A stretch of 64,000 nucleotides of DNA. Origin: Clostridia bacterium. Its GTDB lineage: Bacteria; Bacillota; Clostridia; Oscillospirales; CAG-272. Under the pieces are notes generated by a model. That model worked only from the letters and a program-made list of their open reading frames with translations. It was not told the DNA's origin and ran no database searches. This document shows positions 9,425 through 18,352 of the stretch, piece by piece. The stretch spans positions 5,511 to 69,510 of the forward strand of contig JAFTIN010000006.1 in assembly GCA_017456895.1 (NCBI GenBank), in the 5' to 3' direction. Made by a program: the position numbers and the translations under genes. Positions within the stretch are counted from its first letter, which is position 1. Each line of letters opens with the position of its first letter.

Positions 9425-10696
9425 TTATTTCATTTTTGACGTTTTCTCTATGACTGCGGTGTATTTACGAACGGAAATTGCAGCAAAAACAATCGCCAAG
9501 ACGAGCATTAAGCACCATGAAAACGCGGTGCTCGACCATCCAAAGCGGTCAGAAATAAGGCCAATTCCGTACGTGGATATCGCAGCTCCGATATATATAC
9601 AGCTGTTACATATTCCACCTACGGTCGCTGCCCTGCCGGTATGGGCAAATCTGCCGGGCAGACAAGAGATGAGAAGAAAATTCACTCCATGCATAGAGGC
9701 ACAGATCAAGGAAGCAAGAAGCAGAGATATTATACCGGATGCTCTCCCCTCAGTGCCGACAAAAAGAGCAAGGAGAAAAGCGCACAAAAGTGAGAGTGAG
9801 AACAATATCACAGTTCCCCTTGCTTCATTATTAAACAATCCCCTTCGATGAAGGACGGTAACGATAGATATACTGATTATCGAGAAGATCGGTAAGATAA
9901 CCGACAAAAGCGTGGACTCGGATGCCCCGGCGCCAAAGCATTCGGAATAAAGCGTCGGCAGCCAGGACTCTATGCCGTCGCGCAAGAATCCGCAAACGAT
10001 AATGCAAATAAAGATCGTGAACACACCCGAGTTCTTGAGAACCGAGAGTATTTTGCCTTCAGAATTTGTAGAGGAGAAGGAAGCTCTTATATCCATACAA
10101 TCAGCAACACATACATCATCCGGGAGTATAAGCTTTAACGCGATAACAAAGACCAAAATTGACAAGAAGGCCAAAACAGATGCAGTAAAGAATACGGTTT
10201 CCCAACTCATAAACTCAAGGCAAATGGGAACAAAAGTATACAAAATTACGGTAGAAACATGGGCAGCGGCTGTAACGACAAGATTGGCCGTCACGTAAGA
10301 TTTGTGGTCAAGATAGGTCGACAGAATCTTAACTATAGGCGGCCAAAGCATGGCTTGAGCCAACCCATTTACACCCCATATGACTACCATCATCCATTCG
10401 GTAGCAAATGGCATGAGCGCATTACAGACCGTAGTTGTAGATAGGCCAAGCAGGATAACGCGCTTTGGCTTAACTCTATCGCCGAGATATCCGCTAACGA
10501 TCTGACCAACTCCGTAAAAGGCAAAAAGCATAGTGCCGACAAGCCCCGCATTAGTTCGTCCAATGGCGCCATTCTCTATCATTCCTGCCATAACGGCGGC
10601 AAAATCCTTGCGAGAGAAATAGCTGACAAAGTATACAAACGAACAAAGAGCAATTATTCCTTTTTTTGAGTAAGCCTTTTTCTTCTTGTAAAGCAT
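9425..10696 (-). CDS. MFS transporter (organophosphate:Pi antiporter-like N-terminus)
   Basis: 12-TM profile with YFVSYFSRKDFAAV. I prefer ATG 10696 (GAGGTGA 6 nt upstream) over the track GTG 10705. Confidence 0.8.
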   Translation of the reverse strand: MLYKKKKAYSKKGIIALCSFVYFVSYFSRKDFAAVMAGMIENGAIGRTNAGLVGTMLFAFYGVGQIVSGYLGDRVKPKRVILLGLSTTTVCNALMPFATEWMMVVIWGVNGLAQAMLWPPIVKILSTYLDHKSYVTANLVVTAAAHVSTVILYTFVPICLEFMSWETVFFTASVLAFLSILVFVIALKLILPDDVCVADCMDIRASFSSTNSEGKILSVLKNSGVFTIFICIIVCGFLRDGIESWLPTLYSECFGAGASESTLLSVILPIFSIISISIVTVLHRRGLFNNEARGTVILFSLSLLCAFLLALFVGTEGRASGIISLLLASLICASMHGVNFLLISCLPGRFAHTGRAATVGGICNSCIYIGAAISTYGIGLISDRFGWSSTAFSWCLMLVLAIVFAAISVRKYTAVIEKTSKMK

Positions 10697-10962
10697 TTCA
10701 GTCACCTCAAAAACACGTTTTAACTCATTCTACCACTTTACTTAAGCAAATGCAATAGGAACGCTCATTTTATATATAAATAATCAAGTTGCAAATAAAA
10801 GATCTTAATTCACCGCCTTAATCCACCGCAACGCATAATGAGTCTATAAAGCGCGAAAATGAGCGGCTCGCATTTGTTGCACAATACGCAAAAGTACCTC
10901 TTACATATACGTTAATCAATAAATATGTTGATTATTGTTTACATATTCAATAAATAACAAAA

Positions 10963-10989
10963 GATGGTGTCGCACGATGCGACACCATC
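10963..10989 (-). terminator. rho-independent terminator of tpiA
   Basis: gatggtgtcgc/gcgacaccatc stem. The minus strand continues cttttgtt. Confidence 0.8.
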
Positions 10990-11012
10990 CGTTTTTGTTA
11001 TAGCGTACATTC

Positions 11013-11771
11013 TTACGCATTAGCAGCCTTTACTATAGCCGTGAACTTATCAGTCTTGAGGGATGCACCGCCGATAAGGCCGCCGTCAACGTTAGCCTTG
11101 GCGAGGAGTTCAGCAGCGTTGCCGTCATTCATAGATCCGCCATACTGGACGATGATCTCTTCTGCAGCCTCTGAGCCATAGAGCTCAGCGATGCACTCAC
11201 GAATAACTCCGCAGGTCTCGTCAGCCTGATCGGGTGTAGCAGTAAGGCCTGTGCCGATAGCCCATACAGGCTCGTAAGCAATAATAACATTTTTGAGCTC
11301 GTCAGCAGTAATATCTGCGAGGTCGAGCTTGGTCTGCATTCTAACGACCTCGTTGGTGATACCGGAGAGTCTCTCCTCCTTCACTTCGCCGAGGCAAAGG
11401 ATAACCTTGAGGCCTGCCTTGAGAGCCGCCTTAGTACGAAGGTTTACAGTCTGGTCAGTCTCGCCGAAGTACTGTCTGCGCTCGGAGTGGCCGATTACAA
11501 CATACTCGGTGCCAATCTCCTTGAGCATAGCCGCGCTGATCTCACCAGTATATGCACCGCTCTCTGCGAAATGAACGTTCTCTGCGCCAACGTGAATGTT
11601 GGTTCCCTTTGCCGCCTCAACAGCAGTGGCGATGTCTACGTAGGGAACGCAAAGCACGATATCGCACTTGTCAAGTCCCGCTACCATAGGAGCGAGCTCG
11701 GTGATAAATGCCTTAGTCTGACTGGGAGTCATATTCATCTTCCAGTTACCGGCAATTACGTATTTTCTCAT
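11013..11771 (-). CDS. tpiA: triose-phosphate isomerase
   Basis: MRKYVIAGNWKMN..., IGHSERR, AYEPVWAIGTG. The track ORF (to 11981) is an artefactual extension through the repeat array. Confidence 0.92.
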   Translation of the reverse strand: MRKYVIAGNWKMNMTPSQTKAFITELAPMVAGLDKCDIVLCVPYVDIATAVEAAKGTNIHVGAENVHFAESGAYTGEISAAMLKEIGTEYVVIGHSERRQYFGETDQTVNLRTKAALKAGLKVILCLGEVKEERLSGITNEVVRMQTKLDLADITADELKNVIIAYEPVWAIGTGLTATPDQADETCGVIRECIAELYGSEAAEEIIVQYGGSMNDGNAAELLAKANVDGGLIGGASLKTDKFTAIVKAANA

Positions 11772-11832
11772 ATTTTTATAGTCCTTTAATGTACTTTTTC
11801 TTTGTTTTGTCATATTTTTTTGGATAACACAA

Positions 11833-12040
11833 GGGAAAATCCAAAATTTTAATTTTCGAGATAGTTGCCACGTACTTCTACCCGAAGCAATATTTACATA
11901 TTGCGAGCTTGGTAGAATACGGGGGAAATATCCGAAAATGTAATTGTCGAGATAGTTGCCACGTACTTCTGCCCGAAGCAATAGCTACCTATTGCGAGTT
12001 TGGCAGAATACGGGGAAATATCCGAAAATTATTTATCGAG
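11833..12040. repeat. ~90-bp tandem repeat (2.3 copies) in the pgk-tpiA spacer; each full copy carries a two-tier hairpin
   Basis: Copies begin near 11833, 11923 and 12013. The last (partial) copy overlaps the pgk stop codon. The hairpins are at 11876..11917 and 11967..12008. Confidence 0.9.
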
Positions 12041-13345
12041 CAAACAGCTTACGCCGGGAAGATCCTTACCCTCAAGGAATTCAAGGGATGCACCGCCACC
12101 GGTGGAGATGTGAGTGATCTTGGAAGCGAAGCCAAGCTGCTCACATGCCGCTGCGGAATCACCGCCGCCTACGATAGTGATTGCGGAGCTGTCAGCAAGA
12201 GCCTGAGCTACAGCAACGGTACCCTTTGCAAGGATGGGGTTCTCAAATACGCCCATAGGTCCGTTCCAAACAACGGTCTTTGCAGAGAGAACAGCATCAG
12301 CGAAGAGCTTAGCGGTCTTGGGGCCGATGTCAAGGCCTTCCTTATCAGCGGGAATGCTGTCTATGTCAACGTAGTCGATCTCAATGGGAGCGTCGATGGG
12401 GTTGGGGAAGGAAGAAGCAACCGCACAGTCGATGGGGAGAAGGAGCTTAACGCCGTTAGCCTCTGCCTTAGCCATCATCTCGCGGCAGTAATCAAGCTTG
12501 GTTTCATCAAGGAGAGAGTTACCAACGCCAAGGCCTCTCGCAGCTGCGAAGGTGTAAGCCATACCGCCGCCGATGATGAGAGTATCAACCTTGGTAAGAA
12601 GGTTGTCGATAACGTTGAGCTTGTCAGCAACCTTTGCGCCACCAAGAATAGCAACGAAGGGTCTCTCGGGGTTCTGAAGAGCCTTACCCATTACGGAAAT
12701 TTCCTTCTGGATGAGGTAACCGCAAACTGCGGGAATGTAATCAGCAACGCCTGCGGTGGAAGCGTGAGCTCTGTGAGCTGCGCCGAATGCGTCGTTAACG
12801 AAGAGGTCAGCGTAATCAGCAAGAGCTTTTGCAAGATCAGCGCCGTTCTTGGTCTCGCGAGCGTCAAATCTGGTGTTCTCAAGGAGAACAGCGTGTCCGG
12901 GCTCGAGAGCAGCAACCTTTGCCTTTGCATCCTCGCCAATGATGTCCTCAGCGAAGGTTACGAGCTCAGCGCCGAGGAGCTCGTTAAGACGAGCGCAAAC
13001 GGGCTTAAGAGTAAGCTTCTTCTTATCGGAAACAAGCGCCTTTGCAAGGTAGTCAGCGGTAGCCTGTGCCTGCTCCTCTGCGGGGAGAGCCTCAACCGCC
13101 TTCTTCTCCTTCTTGGTAAGTCCGAAGCCCTCGGTAAGAATGCTGTGGGGCTTACCCATATGAGAGCAAAGGATAACCTTTGCGCCATGCTCGAGAAGGT
13201 ACTGGATAGTGGGGAGAGCGCCAACGATTCTCTTATCGGAGGTGATAACGCCATCCTTCATAGGTACGTTAAAGTCGCAGCGGACAAGGACTGTCTTGCC
13301 GGATACTTCAACGTCTTCAATTGTCTTCTTGTTGTAAGTTGCCAT
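12029..13345 (-). CDS. pgk: phosphoglycerate kinase (with a ~36-aa insertion after the SHMGKP motif)
   Basis: 438 aa. [47 protein letters not shown]. Confidence 0.93.
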   Translation of the reverse strand: MATYNKKTIEDVEVSGKTVLVRCDFNVPMKDGVITSDKRIVGALPTIQYLLEHGAKVILCSHMGKPHSILTEGFGLTKKEKKAVEALPAEEQAQATADYLAKALVSDKKKLTLKPVCARLNELLGAELVTFAEDIIGEDAKAKVAALEPGHAVLLENTRFDARETKNGADLAKALADYADLFVNDAFGAAHRAHASTAGVADYIPAVCGYLIQKEISVMGKALQNPERPFVAILGGAKVADKLNVIDNLLTKVDTLIIGGGMAYTFAAARGLGVGNSLLDETKLDYCREMMAKAEANGVKLLLPIDCAVASSFPNPIDAPIEIDYVDIDSIPADKEGLDIGPKTAKLFADAVLSAKTVVWNGPMGVFENPILAKGTVAVAQALADSSAITIVGGGDSAAACEQLGFASKITHISTGGGASLEFLEGKDLPGVSCLLDK

Positions 13346-13417
13346 TTTAGATAACTCCTTTATATTTTTTAATTATTAACCTGTTCTTGACGAGTGACCC
13401 AACCCTCGCCAAATAAC

Positions 13418-13446
13418 ATATTATCACAAATTAATCAATAAGTCAA
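13418..13446 (-). promoter_or_regulatory. candidate promoter of pgk-tpiA
   Basis: Minus strand reads TTGACT-17 nt-TAATAT with TG upstream of the -10. Confidence 0.5.
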
Positions 13447-13493
13447 TATGATTGTTAAAAAATAAACAAAAATATTCGCACACGCGTAAAAGA

Positions 13494-13522
13494 TTGACTT
13501 TACTAAAGACTTGTGGTATAAT
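13494..13522 (+). promoter_or_regulatory. candidate promoter of the lipoprotein gene
   Basis: TTGACT-17 nt-TATAAT, 30 nt upstream of ATG 13553. Confidence 0.6.
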
Positions 13523-13552
13523 GGTATCATCCAATACAACACGGAGGCAAAT

Positions 13553-14626
13553 ATGAAAAAGACTCTCAAATTATTATCACTTATTCTTGCGCTCTCTCTT
13601 GCATTCACACTTTCTTCGTGTGAGATACTTGAGTCCTTCCTTGCAGGAGACAATACAGGTACAAACGAATCCGGCGGTGAAGCGGGTGACTCCACCGGCA
13701 ACGACTCCGAAAACGGAAAGCCTACGACCCCATCCGATAAAAACGAAAACGACGGTGTCAACGATGAGGATCCCAAGGAGGATAGCAACGAAGACCTCCC
13801 CGGCGGCGGAAATGATAACGTGCCCGGCGGAAGCAATGATAACGTGCCCGGCGGAAGCAATGATAACGTGCCCGGCGGCGGAAACGACAATGTGCCCGGG
13901 GGCGACAATGATGACGATAGCAGCGACGACGATCCTACAGATTGCGCGCATCTCTATGCAAATAACATCTGCATATATTGCAGTAAATCCTACGTAAGCG
14001 ATGAAAATGCAAACAATTGCACTCATAATTGGTCGGATAAATACTGCACAAGCTGTGGTGCAAGATGCGATCATAAATTCGATACAACCACGTGCGAATA
14101 CTGCGGATACGTCTCGGGTGGTATAGACAACCCGATAAACATCCACTTCGAAGGTGCCGAGATACCCGTACCTTATTCCGCAACCTTCTTTGACGTTGTC
14201 GCACTTTATATGACGTTTGACACAGACGTTGAGATGAGCTTTATTAACAATGAGTGGGCGATAGACATCGACGGTGAGAGAAGAACCGTTGGTATGTACG
14301 AGACTCCCGCAGACTTTGGAAGAGACGTGTGGCTCGTATACTTAGGCAACAGCAATCCCGGCGGTGACGGTTATCCCGGCGGTGACACAGGCAGTAACCC
14401 CGCCATCGTCTACATCATCAGCGTGATCGACGATCCTGCATACGTGCCCTTCACCATCGAGAGTGACACTCCCCTCTCGGGTGAGGATATCATACAGAGA
14501 GCAGGAATCACCAATCCCGAATGCTTCTATATCTACGTCAACACCTCGGAATTATATGAGCTCGACAGCTTCAGACTGATGATCTTTGGCGAGTCGGTCA
14601 ATATAGAATTCCATCTCGCGGGCTGA
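13553..14626 (+). CDS. hypothetical lipoprotein with a (PGGxNDNV) repeat and three CxH..CxxC modules
   Basis: MKKTLKLLSLILALSLAFTLSSC lipobox, GGAGG RBS. I trimmed the track start 13511 to ATG 13553. Confidence 0.8.
   Translation: MKKTLKLLSLILALSLAFTLSSCEILESFLAGDNTGTNESGGEAGDSTGNDSENGKPTTPSDKNENDGVNDEDPKEDSNEDLPGGGNDNVPGGSNDNVPGGSNDNVPGGGNDNVPGGDNDDDSSDDDPTDCAHLYANNICIYCSKSYVSDENANNCTHNWSDKYCTSCGARCDHKFDTTTCEYCGYVSGGIDNPINIHFEGAEIPVPYSATFFDVVALYMTFDTDVEMSFINNEWAIDIDGERRTVGMYETPADFGRDVWLVYLGNSNPGGDGYPGGDTGSNPAIVYIISVIDDPAYVPFTIESDTPLSGEDIIQRAGITNPECFYIYVNTSELYELDSFRLMIFGESVNIEFHLAG
13798..13915. repeat. in-frame 24-nt tandem repeat (~4.5 units) encoding PGG(G/S)NDNV
   Basis: cccggcgg(a/c)(a/g)gcaatgataacgtg units, two of them identical. 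Confidence 0.85.
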
Positions 14627-14642
14627 GCAGCCGCAATATATC

Positions 14643-14674
14643 AAAAAAAAGCCGATGACATCATCGGCTTTTTC
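14643..14674. terminator. bidirectional rho-independent terminator
   Basis: aaaaaaaa-gccgatga..tcatcggc-ttttt, between convergent genes. Confidence 0.85.
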
Positions 14675-14693
14675 ATTTATACCAAAAAAGCTA

Positions 14694-15821
14694 TCACCAG
14701 ATATTCTCTCCGCGCTCAAGCTTATCAACAAGGTACAGCATACGCGGAAGGTGGAAGGGCCCCTTGGAGTAGTTACCCTTAAGAGTGTTTGCTCGAGTAC
14801 CGTCGTAGTGCATATATCCGTACCATTCACCGAACTCGGGATCCGGGTATCTGTCAAAGCACCAATCTCTAAGCGCCTCAAAGCTCTGTAGATACTTCTC
14901 TTCACCGAACACGTTATAGCACAGGCGGTTGGCTATCATAGCCTCGCACTGTGGCCACCATATCTTCATATCCCACTCAAGGTGATCGGGCGGATTGCCG
15001 TCACAATCACAGAAGGCTATAATGCCTCCCTCGCGGTATCCGTGCTTCATAGAAATATCTATAATTTCCTTTGCCTTATTCTTGTAGAGCCCGTTATCCC
15101 GATAGACGCCCTCGGACATAAGGAACCAAGCGGCCTCAAGAGAGTGGCCGGGGTTGATCTCGCGGCCGACGGGCGTATCCAGAAAGCATCCGTCGAGGGT
15201 GACGTTCTCAAGAAGGCCCTTATCCTCAAAGAAGTGTGTGAGTATCTCATCGGCACACTCAACGGCTATGCGGTCGTATTTGTCATGATTAACCTTGCGG
15301 AGCACTTGGGCGGTCGCGAGCATGATCATAGACGGTCCGAGCGCCTTTGTCTCGGTTTTGGAGACATCGGGGGACGGTACCCTCGCCAGATCCTCCCTGT
15401 ATAGCCTATAGGCGATATCAAAATACTGCTCCGCCTTATTCCACACATCGACCTTACCGGTAGCAATATAGTATTCCGCGCAGCCAATAGCGGCGAAGGT
15501 CTCGCTGTAGTAAGTGGAATCCGCAACGATCGCCCTTCCCTCACGTGAGGCTATGAACGGGAGTCTGCCGCTTTCATCAAGCTCACACTTAGGAAGAAAG
15601 CTATACATATTCTCGGCAACATCAAGATAAGCCGGATTTTTGTCAAGCTTGTTATAAGCAAGGGAATAGGTATACATTGTTCTTCCGGCAAACCAAACGT
15701 TTTTATCACTGCCGTACACCCTGCCCTCACGGTCGATAAAGTTGAAAAGGCCTCCCGATTCATGATCGATAGCGTGCTCGATCCAGAACGGGAGAACGTT
15801 GTTAAGAAGAAAATCTCTCAT
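14694..15821 (-). CDS. AGE-family (N-acylglucosamine 2-epimerase-like) epimerase/isomerase
   Basis: 375 aa. LPFWIEHAIDHESGG, VWFAGRTMYTYSLAY, alpha/alpha-toroid-type repeats. Confidence 0.8.
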   Translation of the reverse strand: MRDFLLNNVLPFWIEHAIDHESGGLFNFIDREGRVYGSDKNVWFAGRTMYTYSLAYNKLDKNPAYLDVAENMYSFLPKCELDESGRLPFIASREGRAIVADSTYYSETFAAIGCAEYYIATGKVDVWNKAEQYFDIAYRLYREDLARVPSPDVSKTETKALGPSMIMLATAQVLRKVNHDKYDRIAVECADEILTHFFEDKGLLENVTLDGCFLDTPVGREINPGHSLEAAWFLMSEGVYRDNGLYKNKAKEIIDISMKHGYREGGIIAFCDCDGNPPDHLEWDMKIWWPQCEAMIANRLCYNVFGEEKYLQSFEALRDWCFDRYPDPEFGEWYGYMHYDGTRANTLKGNYSKGPFHLPRMLYLVDKLERGENIW

Positions 15822-15951
15822 AATAATCTCCTTTCTTTCTCACACAGATTATAGCATATAAATAAAAATATTGCAATAAGTTCAACAAATTATCTTGACT
15901 TGCTTTCAAGGTCGGGATAAAATATATTCAGAAGAAAAAGGAGGTGTAAGC

Positions 15952-16932
15952 ATGCTTATCCGCGTTCCAGAGTATTTCACCGGCTTCACGTGTATTGCGG
16001 ACAAATGTACCGACAGCTGTTGTGTTGGCTGGGAGATAGATATAGACGAAGATACAAGTGCAAAATACCGCTTGCTAAATGCACCGATCGGAGCGGAAAT
16101 ACGCGAAAAAACCTCACACGGGTACTTCCCTCTTCAGAAAAACGGACGGTGCGCTTTCCTCGATGACGTGGGACTGTGCCGCATCATTTCCTCGGTTGGC
16201 AAGGAGTATTTATGCGATATATGTCGAGAGCATCCAAGGTACTACGGTGTCGGCGCCTTCGGTATAGAAGGCGGACTCGGGCTCGGATGTGAGGAAGCAG
16301 CAAGGATAATTTTAGGCCTCAGGAAAAAGCCGAGGCTCATTGTTATCGACCGCGACGTACGCTATTTTGACGAGGACGAATTTGCCGAGGGAAGCGAATA
16401 CTTCCGCGATAGGCTGACCGACCTGATATTCGAAACCGGAATAACAAAGCTTTGCGGGGCGTATATGAATGCCGCGAGAGTAGCAAACGACGATGCCTAC
16501 GATATACTGACGCACAAGATCGGACGTATACACCCGGACGTTGCACCGCGCGAGGCAGATACGGAGGACTTAGGTAGACTACTTGAAGCTTCCATGCGAT
16601 TGCTCGATGAGTGCGAGGCACTAAATGACGATTGGCACGAAATAATAGATATGGCGAGCAGAGTGAAATTGAGCTATATCTTGAGTCGCGAGGACGAGCT
16701 TAGAGCGCTCATCTACTACTTTACACACAGGTACGTAAGAGAGGGTATCGAGGATATGTCTATCGGCGGAAGGATACTGTTTGCATTAATCAGCGCCCTA
16801 TCCATTATCGCAATATCCGCAGTGCCGGGCTGTGGCGGTAGTGACGTAAAAGCTGCAGTAATGTACTCAAAGAATATAGAGTACTCAACGGATAACGTCG
16901 ATTATATTATAGATAATCTTGATATTTTGTAA
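15952..16932 (+). CDS. FliB-like (flagellin lysine-N-methylase family) Cys-rich protein
   Basis: FTGFTCIADKCTDSCCVGWEIDIDEDT..Y...GRCAFLDDVGLCRI resembles the FliB/YkgJ CxxxC..CC..W signature. GGAGG RBS before ATG 15952. Confidence 0.7.
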   Translation: MLIRVPEYFTGFTCIADKCTDSCCVGWEIDIDEDTSAKYRLLNAPIGAEIREKTSHGYFPLQKNGRCAFLDDVGLCRIISSVGKEYLCDICREHPRYYGVGAFGIEGGLGLGCEEAARIILGLRKKPRLIVIDRDVRYFDEDEFAEGSEYFRDRLTDLIFETGITKLCGAYMNAARVANDDAYDILTHKIGRIHPDVAPREADTEDLGRLLEASMRLLDECEALNDDWHEIIDMASRVKLSYILSREDELRALIYYFTHRYVREGIEDMSIGGRILFALISALSIIAISAVPGCGGSDVKAAVMYSKNIEYSTDNVDYIIDNLDIL

Positions 16933-16959
16933 CTTTTGATTTACATATTTATACAAAAA

Positions 16960-16996
16960 CTGTACAGAGCGCCTTGCGATGCTCTGTACAGTTTTT
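16960..16996. terminator. bidirectional rho-independent terminator
   Basis: ctgtacagagc/gctctgtacag 11-bp stem, A-run before and T-run after. Confidence 0.85.
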
Positions 16997-17012
16997 CTTT
17001 TATATAAATACT

Positions 17013-17186
17013 ACCCCCTATCAGCTTTGACACGAGATGGCAGCCTGCGTGGGCGAGCATGGAGTATCTTGATAGCACCGAGTAGGACACCCTACGTAGC
17101 ACCCTGAATAACGGTGACTACGCGGAGGGCCACCCTCATCACTCCTTGATCGATCATCTGTAGACGGATCTCTTCTGATAGCTTTC
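17013..17186. ncRNA. candidate structured RNA or 3'-UTR element, class unassigned
   Basis: GC-rich island in AT-rich spacer. Closing stem ctatcag/ctgatag, inner stem ggagt/actcc, and three consecutive hairpins. The strand was not determined. Confidence 0.3.
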
Positions 17187-17286
17187 AAGCAAAAACAGTC
17201 CCGTGAAAAAGCCGCCTACAAGCCCTGAAGAAGCGAAGAAAAGAAGCGTACCAAGGTGTTCCTTTAAGATTTTTTCAGCTTGCCTA

Positions 17287-18352
17287 TCATTTTACTTTCG
17301 CGTATATCTCATCGAAGAGAGATTTAGTAAGCTCGGGAGTCTCATCTGCGATAACGAGTATCTCATCACCGGTATGAATGACGATAACCGGACCGCCTCC
17401 CGTATAGGTGTAGCGAACGTAGTGTCCGATATCCTCAGAATCGAAGAGGCCAAATAGGATCTTCGCGGAGGCGTAACCGTTAAGTCTGACTCCATCTATG
17501 CCGTCCTCGTCATATTCAACACTGTCAATGTCGGCATAGTCAAGAGTGAGTGCGCCGCCGTAAGTTGTATCAATGCTAAGTGAGGTATCGGTAAGGGTGT
17601 AGTCAATCTTGCCTACGAACATCATTATCGTAATAAGCACGATAAGAACAGAGAAAATGATGACGGCAGCAATAGAGGACTTTTTATCCTTGCCTGCAGA
17701 AGCATAATTCCTGTATTCCTCCTCGGTTGCGGTGCCCTCTCTGATCTGACGCTTGTAGAAAAGATAGGAATAAACAATGGGAGGAATGACCGCGGCAACA
17801 GGCAACAGTAACGGCGATCACTAAGAATATGGATATCTTAAACGGAACGAAGCAAAGAGGGATCAACGCAAGGCCGCAGATTACCCAGAGCTTGGCGCTG
17901 AAGCGGTGTGTAGCCGCCCAGTTATCGTCGTTGGCAAGAGCCCACTTCACCTTTATACCAAAAGTGCGGTTTCTCGTTGCCTTGGGCATAAAATTGCCCA
18001 TAATGATAAAGGTAAGAGAAATAAATAGAGGTACGATCATTTTAAGTGTGAAGGTGATGAGGCCGAGCGCGATCATCATAAAGATACTACTGACAAATAT
18101 CGATATCGCGGGTATTATCCAGAAGCAAAGATTTAGTATCTTTGAGCTCTGCTCTCTCGAGGCGTTGTCCCTGAGAGTAAGGAATATGCAGAAGAAATGA
18201 ATCAGCAGCATGAGAACCGGCATTATCCAAGTGAAATACCAGGCGCCGAGAAGAGCCTTTTTAACCATATCCTTGAGGATAAGAGCTGCAATAGAAGGAA
18301 CAATAATCAATAAGGAAGAAATAAGGATCTTCCATTTGTTTTTACGAATCAT
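17287..18352 (-). pseudogene. SdpI-family (DUF1648+SdpI) membrane protein continuing into a TM + PH-like domain; reading frame broken near 17806-17812
   Basis: ORFs 17684..18352 and 17287..17805 overlap by 122 nt in different frames. The first ends in a non-membrane tail (CCRGHSSHCLF...). The second has no RBS and begins in mid-helix (PVAAVIPPIVYSYLFY). KATRNRTFGIKVKWAL..NW..THRF is SdpI-like. Confidence 0.55.

Noticed and set aside
11772-11981. N-terminal 70-aa extension of tpiA in the ORF track, and a possible Thermotoga-like pgk-tpi fusion
   Set aside because: The canonical TIM N-terminus MRKYVIAGNWKMN starts at ATG 11771 with its own RBS. The extension is a read-through of the repeat array. 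pgk ends with a TAA in a different frame, 257 nt upstream.
11833-12040. CRISPR array (also considered for 32690..32850)
   Set aside because: In the first case the whole ~90-nt period is repeated, so there are no unique spacers, and there are only 2.3 copies. The second has 7-nt motifs in both orientations. No cas genes are in the window.
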